NCBI GenBank assembly: GCA_964035545.1
Contig: OZ037771.1
Location: forward strand, 6,171,190 to 6,235,189
Length of the DNA stretch: 64,000 nt
Direction: 5' to 3'
Origin: Bugula neritina
Taxonomy: Eukaryota; Animalia; Bryozoa
The notes beneath the pieces were generated by a model that saw only the letters and a program-made list of their open reading frames with translations, did not search any database and was not told the DNA's origin. The stretch's first letter is position 1. Each line of letters begins with the position of its first letter. This document shows, one piece after another, positions 13,501 through 25,900 of this stretch. A program made the position numbers and the translations under genes.

Positions 13501-16500
13501 TTTACACCATCAAGACAAGTTCCTCCGTTTTTACACGAGTCCAGCTTGCATTCATTGATATTTACTTCGCACAATATACCTTCAAACCCAGCTTGACAGA
13601 TACATTGAAAAGAATTTATCTGATCTACACATGTGCCATTGTTTCTACAAGGTGTGCTAAAACACTCATTTACTTCCAAAGTACAAAATTCACCCTTCCA
13701 ACCATTAGCACAAACACATGAAAAATCTGCCACTTTGTCAACACAAGTCCCTCCATTTTTGCACAGCAGATCTGCATCCTGTAAGCCACATTCGTCTATA
13801 TTTATTTCGCAGAAAGTTCCTGTAAACCCTGCAACGCAGACGCAAGTAAAAAGATTGTTTCCATCCAAACATTTACTGCCATGCAGGCATGGGTCACTTA
13901 AACATTCATTGAGGTCATTCTCACAAAGTAGACCAGCAAAGCCTACCAAACAACTACAGCGAAATCCATGTATTAAATCAACACACTTTGCACCATTAAG
14001 GCATGGATTAGAAGCACAATCATCAAAATTATGTTCACAGTTAACACCAGAGTAACCAGGAAAGCACAAACATTTGAAACCCAAAAACTGGCTTTTGCAT
14101 ATGCCGTTGTTTCTACATGTATTTTCAGCACAAAGGTTTACGTGTTGCTCACAACTTTGGCCAGTCCAGCCTGGCATACATTCACAGATATATCCATCCT
14201 GCAGCTCAGAACACTTGCCACCATTCATGCAGGGAATTGAAGCACAATCTGGATAATCTATTTCACAATGGGCACCAATTAAACCTGGTGCACATTCACA
14301 TGAATACCCATTGATAGAATCTAAACAGACACTGCTAGATAAACATGGGTTACTTTCACACTCATCAAAATTTGTTTGACATTTCTCACCGGTAAAACCA
14401 GGATGGCAATAACACTTGAATCCACCAATAACCTCCATACATGAGCCACCATTTTCACATGGTTCTGAATAACAAAACTTAATTCTTTGAGCACAGTGAG
14501 CTCCTTCATACCCTGGCTTACAAGAACATTTAACTTGATCACCTAAGATATCTGTACAGCTTCCGCCATTCAAGCAAGGTTGAGATTCACAGTTGTCAAT
14601 ATTGACGGTACAATTGGTACCTTCCCAGCCATCAAAACAATGGCAAACACCATCAACGCAAGTTCCATGCTGACACATATTTATGGCACATTGATCTACA
14701 ATCAAATTGCAGTGCAGACCATAATACCGATCTGAACAAACACATTCAGGAACTCCTCCCTCAGTTACGTGACATTTCCCATTATGTTGACAGTGCAAGT
14801 AACCATGAACCAAACTATGTTCTTCGCAGGGTGTTATTGAGATTTGACAATCGGTGCCAGCAAAACCCTCTGGACAGTAACATTCATAATAGCCAATGTT
14901 TGATTTGCATTTTCCACCATGTTTGCACGGCTCATTAGAGCACCAATCATCAATGACATCGCAATGTTGGCCAGAATATCCTTTAAGACAAATGCACCGA
15001 AAACCATCTGACAAAGTTCTGCATGTGCCTCCATGTAAGCAAGGAGATGAAATGCACGCACTGATCTTTATTTGACAATGAGATCCTGTCCATCCAGCTT
15101 GACAGACACATGTATAATCTAACTCAGTCAAATGGCAAACGCCAGAATTAGAGCATGGACTTGATTCACAATAATCCATATGATGATTACAGAGGTCACC
15201 TGACCAGCCATTCTCACAATGACAACGAAAGACGTCACCATTTTTAATGCATTTACCATTGACTTCACATGGATGTTCGAAACAATGATCATTTATGCTA
15301 ATCTCGCAATTTATACCAGTGAAACCAGGAAGACAAAAACATTTGTATTGGTCTAACATGTCCACACACGTTGCAGCTGAATGGCATGGTGAAGAGAAGC
15401 ACTCATTGATTTGAATGCTACATTTGTCGCCTGTCCATCCTGGTTGGCACAAGCAGGCATATGAATCATGAAGTGAAATGCAATCTGCATTGTTCATGCA
15501 TGGCTTGTTTTCACATTTATCAGTTTCATCGTCACAGAGGGTACCTTCATAACCAGATTCACAAATACAGGCGTACCCATTCTCCATATCTTTGCAATGA
15601 CCCATAAGTGAACAGGGAGAGCTTTCGCATTCATTAATTTCAATAGCACAATTGAAACCAGTAAAACCACTGCTACAGTAGCATTTATAGCTGTCACCAA
15701 TATCTTGACATGTCCCAAAATTTGAACATGGGTTTGACTGGCATAAGTCAACATCTATAGAACAGTCATCACCCACAAAACCATCTGTGCAGATGCAGCG
15801 ATGGTGCAAAGTGTAAGAGGCTTTCTTTTCACGTTTTAATTTTAGAAAACTATTTTGAAAAGCTGGGTTATGGTGGGGATATTCGAGAATCTCACTCTTC
15901 AAAAAACTATGTGTTATTGCACTGTACTCCAAGGGTATATCTTTTTCAACCATATCAAAATTAGTAATGCCTGTATTATCTTCATGTAGCATTTTTATGT
16001 TAAGATGATGTTCTTCAATGTAACAGATTCCTTTGTTTAAACACAAACCATGATTTATTAGGTCACATGCTATTTTGTCACAATGCTTGCCCACGAACCC
16101 TGGTAGACACAAGCAATGATAGGAACCTAGAATGTTTTGACACACGCCACCATTATCACACAAACTATGATCATTGCATTCATCTATATCAGCTTCACAA
16201 TGTAGGCCAGTAAAACCGGCATCACAAAGACATCTATAGCCAGCCACCTCATCCTTACAATAAGCGCTATTTAAACATGGTCGACTATCACATTCATTTA
16301 TTTCAATTTCACAGCGATAGCCTGTGTACCCTTTATTGCATTTACATTCAAACATATCCCTTAGATCCAGGCAAGTACCACCATGCTCACATGGCAATTT
16401 TTCACAATCATCAATATTGAGTTCACAATTGATACCCGTGTAGCCATCTATGCAGATGCAGTAATAAGAGTTGATTAGGTCAACACATGTCCCATTGTTA

Positions 16501-19500
16501 TGACATGGTAAGCTTTCACATTGCAACATTTGAAATGCACAATACTCTCCGAACCAGCCAGGAGCACATTTGCAACTGAAATCTGCCACTCCATCAATGC
16601 AACTGGCTCCATGTTGACAATGCTGATGATCACAGTCATCAATATCATGTTGACACAGTCTTCCAGTATAACCAGCGGGACACACACACTGGTACTCATG
16701 GAGACCATCTAAACAGGTCCCACCATTTTCGCATTGGTTGCCATTGCAATCATTTATATTTTCTTCGCAATACTTTCCTCCGAAACCAATGGGGCATTCA
16801 CAGGTGAAGTGAAGCTTGTTGCGATGACAAATTCCTTCATTCATACAAGGATTAGAGCTGCACACATTTATTAGCAATTCACATCTTTCACCATACCATA
16901 GAGCAGCACACGAGCAGTGAAATCCATTAACTAAATCGGTGCATTTGCCATTATTGAGGCACGGGCGGTCTTCACATTCATTAATGTTAAACTGGCAACG
17001 ATCTCCACCATATCCTGGAGGGCATTTGCACTTATAGATATTAATACCATTGACACACCGCCCCATGTTCGCACAAGGTGTGCTCAAACATTCATCAATG
17101 TCATTTTCACATAGAGGTCCTTCAAAGCCTGGAAGACATAAACATTCAAATTCAAGTACAGCTCCTTTGCATTCAGCACCATTTTGGCATGGTTCTGATG
17201 CACACACGTCATAATCAAATTCGCATAATTGTCCATAATACCCTTCTTCACATACACATTGAAACAATACATCATGGACAGCTTCACAGATTCCATATTT
17301 GCATTTATTTGAGTGACAAGGGTCTATTTTTTCTTCACAATACCACCCAGAATACCCGGTATCGCAAACACAAACTTCCGTGATATCATCATCTCTGTGC
17401 CCTTCAACAAAAGAACAAATTCCATTACTTCCACATGCTTTGTTTCCTGGATGACTACACAATCTAACTTCACTTTCACAATGATGTCCAGCAAAGTTGT
17501 CAGTGCACTCACATAGGTAGCCATTCACAAAATCTATGCAGTTGCCATTGTTGAGACAAGGAGCAGAAGCACAGTCATTAATATTTATTTCACAGTATGC
17601 TCCCGTCCAACCGGAGTGGCAAACACAAAAATACTCGTTAACTTGATCAATACATTTGCCATGGTTACACTTATTGTCAAGGCAATCATCTATGTTATGC
17701 TGACAATTAGTTCCAGAAAACCCCAAGACACAATCGCATTTCCAAGTTGGAGAAAGCTCTTCATTTAAGCTCAGTTTTTGACACCGTCCACCATTTCCAC
17801 AAAAAACTCCATCACATGGATCAATTTCCTCATGACAAGTCAAACCTTCAAACCCTTCAGTGCATTTACATTCAAAATGTCCAACCAGGTCTATGCATTC
17901 GGAATTGTGGTCACAAGGATTAGAAAAACAGTCACCAGTTTCTAATTCACAATCGTCGCCATAATATCCAAAAGAACAAACACAATGATAACCTGCATAA
18001 GTGCTGATACATGTGGATCCATGACGGCAAGGAGAATGAGAACAATAATCTAGCCGGTGCTCACATTTATCCCCAGTAAAACCCTCTAAACACTCACAGG
18101 AAAACATTTCAACTCCATCGATGCAATGACCAGAGTTAAGACAAGGCGATGAAAGACATTCATTAATATTTATTTCACATAATTTTCCGGAAAATCCTTT
18201 GGCACAATGGCATATGAAACTCGATATGAGATCTTGACAGTGACCTTGATGAAAGCATGGTGCGCTAGCACATTCATTGATATTGATGTCACATCTTTTG
18301 CCAGAAAATCCTTCACTGCATAAACATTTAAAGTCAGCAACAAGATCGGTGCACTTGTATGCGTTACTGCATGGATTTGGAAGACAGTCGTTAATATTAA
18401 TTTCACACCTTTTGCCTTTCCACCCAACTTCACATGTGCAACTGAAATCATTGATTAAATCAGTACATGCACCATTATTTAGACATGGTTTTGAGCGACA
18501 CTCATCAATGTCTAGCTCACAAAACTTTCCAGTATATCCCGCGGTGCAACTACAGTAAAAACTATTTACGTGGTCATAACATTGAGCAGAATTTCGACAA
18601 GGCGAGCTTTGGCACTCGTCAATATTCTCTTGACATCTGTGCCCGTCAAATCCCAAGCTACATTGACATTGGAACGCATTGATTTCATCAATACAAGTAG
18701 CGCCATTAAAGCATGGAGAAGAAAAACACTCATCTTCGTCAAGCTCACACCAATCTCCATTAAAACCGTCAAGACAGTGACACTCAAAAGAGTTCACTAG
18801 GTCTTTACACACACCACCATTATAACATGGTGTCGACAAACACTCATCAATATTTTTAATGCATCTTGCACCAGCAAATCCAAGAGGACATGCGCATTGA
18901 TACCCATTAATTAAATCCTTGCAAGTCCCACCGTTATGGCAAGGATTTGACAGGCATTCATCTATGTTTTCTTCACAAGAGGATCCAGCATAGCCTGGAA
19001 AACAGTCACACTTATACTCTCCACCAGCATTTCGACACTGGCCGCCATACTTGCATGGCATGCTAGCACATAAATCCACCAAGAATGCACACTGTCTGCC
19101 AGTAAAGCCAGCTGTGCATTGACATTCATATCCCGAAATCATGTCAATGCAAACGGCTTGATTTAAACAAGGTGCGCTCAAGCACTCATTGATGTTCACT
19201 TCACATAGTGTGCCAATGAAGCCGCTGTTGCAATGGCACTGGAAACTGTTAACATGATCTTCACAGATGGCTCCATTGTGACAGGGTTGGCTCTCACATT
19301 CATTGATGTTGACATCACATTGAACCCCCGTAAACCCCTCATGACACTGACAAGTGAAACCGTTTCTACCACCAACACAGTTACCATCATCTCCACAAGG
19401 ATTCGGAATACAAAAATCAATTTCTCTTTCACATCGTCCTCCAACAAATCCAGGTTCACAAATGCAAGCAAATCCATCGTCAGAACTTCTGCAGACAGCA

Positions 19501-22500
19501 TTGTTCTCACACGGCTTGCTCAGACACCAATTTACCGATTTCTCACATAACAGACCTGTAGACAAGAAATGAGCACCGACTAGAACACTCATCAAACGAG
19601 ACTTAGTGGTGGTGGCTGATAGTCTACTTTGTGAGAGCATAGCAGAGAAATCTAGTCTACAGCTTTGCACCATTTTGCAAGGAGGTGTGACTCAGAAAGT
19701 CAAGGGGAGAAAACTTGATGCAATAATTAGTTTTTCAACATAAACTTATATTTAAATCCTTATAACATAAATACTTCCATCTAACTTAATATAAATTCTT
19801 TTCCTTTATTCCAATTACTGTGGTATGGTGCAAACTTATATACTAGTGATTTAGGTTATGTTATAAAGCCAAATTCATTTCACAAGCTATTGTGTGCCAC
19901 TATAGACTATTCGCTCTACAAATTATCTAAACTTTACTTTGCAATGTTTCAAAATCCAGAAGTACAGTTATAAGACATCTTGAATAACCATTTTAAGGAG
20001 AACTGCTTTTATAGTTATTGGGGCTTTGCATTTCAAAGAGCCTTAAAAACATTATCAAATTCAGTACATCAACAACCAAATGACCAACAGCTTCTACTAA
20101 CCAGTTTTAGAAGATAAACACTGGCACTGAAAAGAATTAACACCATCTACGCAGATGCCGCCATTGAGACACGGATCACTGGCACAGTCATCAATGTCCA
20201 CTTCACACAAGTGCCCTGCGTACCCCTCTTCGCATACACAACTACAAATTTTTAATTAATAATTTAAGAAAATCTGCTAAATAACATGTAGGACAGCGTG
20301 ATATTCAAGTTGAAAGTTACTTACTTGTATCAAACATAACTTAATCGAACAAGTAGAGAAACGTCTACAGTAATAGAATAACATACGCTGTAGATACATT
20401 ATTTGAGGTTTAACAAGTCCTTGGTGAAGGTTATATCTGCATAAAGTGTAGAATATATCGTATTGCATACAAAACAGCATGCTGAACAGAATTGGTAAGT
20501 TTCTAATTATGCAATAATAAAAATAAGTTCTAGGTAGCAAAAAATTTTTAAAATATTCTAACATAAATGATATGTGTTGTGTATTAAAACTGAAAGGTGT
20601 AACCTACCAAACACCGCATTTATTAATAAATACGTTTACAATAAATCCGTTTACAATAAGTTGAATTTATAGATCAAGTTTTAGTTCCAATTTTTAGTTC
20701 CAAATGAAATGATTCGAACTCAAAATAAAGGACATAAGATACATACTGATAACCTCCTGAAAGGTCTTCACATACTGCTCCATTCTGACAGGGATGGCTA
20801 TCACACTCATCTATGTCTATTTCACATCTCTATACAAAGAAACATGAGGAAACATACACAAGTAAGAGTTGATATTCTTACAACCTGGTATTCTATCAAA
20901 CATTAGACACACCTTCCTAGATGGAAAAATGTATATCAGTATTAAAACTCAACTTGAAGAAAGCAATATGTTATTGATTAGACTATCTCTGGCAATAATA
21001 TTTTATTTAGGTTTGGTGTTGTTTGCACGTGCCAGAAATAAAGAAACAACTGGGAATTACAATGTTGGAATTTCTAGCAGCAACAGATAATGGCAGTGGC
21101 TGTCCAAAACAACCTCGGATTAAATATTAGACTAGAACCAGTAGAGTAAGAGAAGTAGATGATATGCAGACCTCCCCAATGTAGCCGTTATGACACGTGC
21201 ATGTGAACAAGGCCTCTCTGTCTACACATGTCCCTCCATTTTCACAGGGTTGTGAGAAACATTCATCAATCTCGTGTTCACACCGTATACCTTCATAGCC
21301 TAGCTATAAGAATAGAACAGATCATAGCACACACAATCTATTGCATCATTCGCTATAACAGCAGAAAAGTAGGCTGTAAAAACAGCTCAAAAACCATTAA
21401 AGACGTCTCTTGTGCCACCTAATTTCACAGAAACTGTTCTCACCAAAAATGTACTGCTAATTCGACAGATTTAAAATGTCTTCTCTGTGCAAGAGAGTGG
21501 GTTCTAACCTCACAGTCACAAGTCCAGTATGGAGACTCTGCCGTGTCATGACAGATGCCATGAGCAGAGCAGGGATGCTGATCACACAGGCTATATGTCT
21601 CCTCACAGTTCCTGCCCCGACTGCCTGTAAGATAACATAACTCCTTATAGTTCAGCATATTCTAACTCGTGTTAAGAGGCATAACATAGGATAAAGTTAA
21701 CAGTATGTTACCATGACAACAGATGGCTACGAAATAACTGTAGAAAGGTTCATTACCTGGTTTACAGTAGCAGATGTAGCCTACATCCTCAGAAGGTTTA
21801 CACGTAGCCCCGTGTTCACAGGGCATAGTCTCACATACATGCTTCTTGCATCCTGTTTTGGTCCATCCCACAGCACACTCGCAATGGTACCCTCCCTATG
21901 ACAACACAGCCAGTTAGTTTATATCACATCTCTGACATCTTGATTAAGACCAATATCATACATATAACTATAATATTTATTGTAAGGAAATAAGAAGAAA
22001 TAGCTAGTAACTATAGGTTCATAACAACATGGTTAGCAAATGATGTGTTTTGCTTTGCTCTGTTTAATTATTAGATTGGTAGTAGCTTCATATTACACAT
22101 AAGTAATACACGTACCCTACTAAGCTCATTTATACATATGGAACACATCTGGAATACTTTCAATGAAATTCTGATAAGAAAACAAAAACAGCTGTGTTGG
22201 CCTATAGAATATTTGTAGCTTTTTACTTGCCCGCATTTTTTGTTATTAGCTTTTGTTATTTATTACATGTACTATTATTGCTTTTAAAATAGCTAAAACA
22301 ACTTATTCTTAAAAAAAATATTCTTGAAAAATATGTTTTGCAAACCTGCTTTTTAGGAATAAAAAAAAATAAAAAAACAATCACATTACAGAGTTGTCAT
22401 GACATGCAAGTTTTTTGTTACTAAGTTACAAGTAATATGTCTACAGAAAATCAAGTTCTAAAAGACAAAGCATTCAAGGCTAGTTTATCGAGCACAAAAA

Positions 22501-22874
22501 GTAGAAAACGTATTTATAGCCTTTCTGACTGAGAATGTTGCTAAGAAATCTAATAAGTAACAATATCAGCTTTGTTCTACAAATTCTGAGAACTGTAGAA
22601 ATATCAGCAAAGAAATGAAACGAGTAAAACATGTTCCTTCCATGGAAACATTCCATCACAAAGAATCAAAAATACTAAGAGCTTTGTCCAAAAATTTGTG
22701 ACGAAGAAATAGCATGCTTAGAAAATTAAAAACATTGAAAGGAAGCTGTGTATTTAATGTGGCAAGGAAATAGAATGTCTCTTTAAAGATACAGCCCTAC
22801 TGCAGAAGCACATCTACCTACCCATCTGCCATGCAGAAATTTAGAGAGATAGAGGAGGAAGGAGGAGGGAGAGT

Positions 22875-22914
<40 letters not shown>

Positions 22915-22921
22915 AGAGGGA

Positions 22922-22977
<56 letters not shown>

Positions 22978-25900
22978 GAGAGGGAGAGGGAGAGGGAGAG
23001 GGGGAGGGAGAGGGGGAGGGGGAGGGGGAGGGGGAGGGGAAGGGGGAGGGGTAGGGGGAGAGGGAGAGGAGAGGGAGAGGGAGAGGGGGAGGGGGAGGGG
23101 GAGGGAGAGGGAGAGGGAGAGAGAGAAAGAAAGAGAGGGAGGGAGAGAGAGGGGGGAGAGGGAAAAAGAGTGGAATAGCTAAAACTGGTAAAGGAAAGAG
23201 CATACTGACCAGCGTGTTTACACAAGCGCCATGTTCCCCACACAAGGAGTGTGGGGTCTGCATCTCACACTCATCAACATCTTCCTGGCAATGACTTCCA
23301 CTCCAATGAGGTCCACAGTAGCACTTGTATATCAAAGGTTTAAACCTGGGTAAGTAGTCAAGCAGTCACTATCTAATGTTACTACTACAGTTTATAAAGT
23401 TTATTAAAAGCTTGCACCATCTTAACAAAATATCAGCTATAAATGCTGCTGCGCCAATTTTAAGTTGAATCGGCACAACTTAGAAAAAGAAGTGAATATC
23501 TGGCCATACATAGTGTTTTGGGCTTACTTGCATGCTACATAACCATATTATTTAATTTATTATATTACAAGACACTTTAATTTTATATATTATATAATAT
23601 AGCCCTATGATACTATATATATTATATAATATAGCCCTATGATACTATATATATATTATATAATATAGCCCTATGATACTATATATATTATATAATATAG
23701 CCCTATGATACTATATATATTATACAGCAAAACGCTATAATGTATAGATCCTCTGCAGAACGTTGAGTTTATCCAAAAATATTTCTGAATAATTCAGAAA
23801 ATAACAAGCAGTACCTGATATCGAGGCCTTGGCGATCTTTCACACAAACAAAGATGTCGGCATTACCAATAGACTCACACTTGCCCTTCCCGCACTCTTG
23901 CGTGCAATCATATCTCTCGCTATCTAGAGAGAAGTTAGCATAACAGCTGCCTATACTATGGCTAACAGATTATACACATATATTCTATGTAACATCTAGA
24001 TATGCAGAAGAGTGAAGAATGACTGGAAAGAAACTAATCATGGAAATCAGTGAGAAACAGAGCTTTATAATAGCAGTCAATTTCGACAGTTGAAATAACA
24101 GCATAGTACAGATAACAATTATAAGGAGTATATGTATATATAGAGTACAATAAGTATATATAGAGTATAGTAAGTATATATAGAGTATAGTAAGTATAAT
24201 AAACAAAGCAAAGTAAAGAGACGCACCTCTCAGCTCAGCGTCAAAGTAGTAATATCTCTTACTGGCCTCAGTTGACCCTTCTTCATCCTCATGCAGAACT
24301 TGGTGCTGACACCTGCAAACAGACTGTAACTGAACTGTGTTCATTCAAAAGTATTGAGAAAGAATTATATTCCTTACATAGGCCTCACACGTACCTCACA
24401 TGATTTACCTTGCTATTGTTGAGTTTTATGTCATAGAATTGGTGAGAGTACATAACTTGTAATGCTAGACATAAGCTACTTACTGTATTAGCCAATAATA
24501 TTGCTCAGGTATGCTCTATAATCTATATACTCTGTAATCTGTATGCAGGTTCAGGGCATGCCTATTACGTGATAATATTAGCTATTATGAAGAAACTTTC
24601 TTATGTCAGGAAATTATAGAATACAAAGTCAGTATTCCATATATAAAAACCACTCGAAAGATGTTATAGCTGCTAAGCCAATAAGGAATTAACTTTCAAT
24701 GACAAAAGTCAATGTGTGATTGCCTTCGTAGCTACGGCTTTAATGATTGGAAATGATTGTATGTATTCACATATTAGCTCTATCTATCCTGTTCTACTGA
24801 AACCTTAACACTGCAGCTTTAGCACATATAAATGATCTAAGGAAACGTTCACAAGAAGGGAATGTAACTTTCCATCTAATGACAAGTTGGTACAACCCAC
24901 CTCTCACTATACACTATTCTCTGTAAACCCTCAGTCTCCAGGCCCCAGCCTCGTTTCACTTGACAAGTTGTATCTCCAGGGGCGCATCGAGGGTTATCCT
25001 CCAAACAAGCTTCTTCATCAGTGACCAAGTCTATTCCCGTGAGATCATCAGCACATTGGCACTCGTAGCTATAAACAAGTCATAGCAATATTATATATTA
25101 TAAAAACATCTTACGGATGGTAGGTCTCTCTCAGTCGATTCTACCAAGGATTACACTCTATGATTGGGTTGAACAGCGGCACCTCTGTATGTGTAGAGTG
25201 TAGACCAATGCATGATCACATATAATATCCTATATATTTACAACATAGATTACAGTACATGTCATATATAACACTACATGCAATATATCAGGGTTGAGGT
25301 CAATTACATGTGAATGTAATTAATTACAATTACATGAAAATTTGTCAATTACAATTACAATTATAATATCAGTTGAGAAGTAATGTATTTAATTACAATT
25401 ACAATTACTTTTGTTCTCACAAGGGATAAATAGAAGTTATGCAATCTCACTTCCAGGGTCCAATTACCAGGGCCAATTTTGACAGTGGAAAGCCCCCTTT
25501 GTGCTCAATAGTGATACTATACTACATTGACTTAATCTGAACTTGTTATTTAACAGTAGGCATGGTAGGAAAAGCATGGCATGTTTAAGATTTAAAAGTT
25601 TGAAGTAATTAACATGTAATTATAAAGTAATTGTAAAAATCAAGTATAATTATAAAGTAATTGTAAAAATCAAGTACATTAGATATGTAATTAATTACAA
25701 TTACAACTACAATTACATTTTTATGCATCAATTACAAATTACATTCAATTGCTTGAAAAAAGTAATTAATTACAACCAACTACAGTTACAAATTACAATT
25801 GCCCCAACCCTGCAATATACATATGCTACATGTAGTAAATAAATATGTGTGCACTCCACAATGTTATATAAATATTATAATTTTGTGTGAGTACAGTAAT

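Noticed and set aside
13032-19572. Many 60-150-aa ORFs antisense to or out of frame with the giant exon
   Set aside because: They are shadows of the repetitive Cys/Gly/Asn codon pattern, with no independent domain signal or splice structure.
22818-23243. Pro/Ser/Leu-rich and Arg/Glu/Gly-rich ORFs
   Set aside because: They are translations of the GA/GGGA simple repeat. The true exon ends at the donor at 23209/23210.
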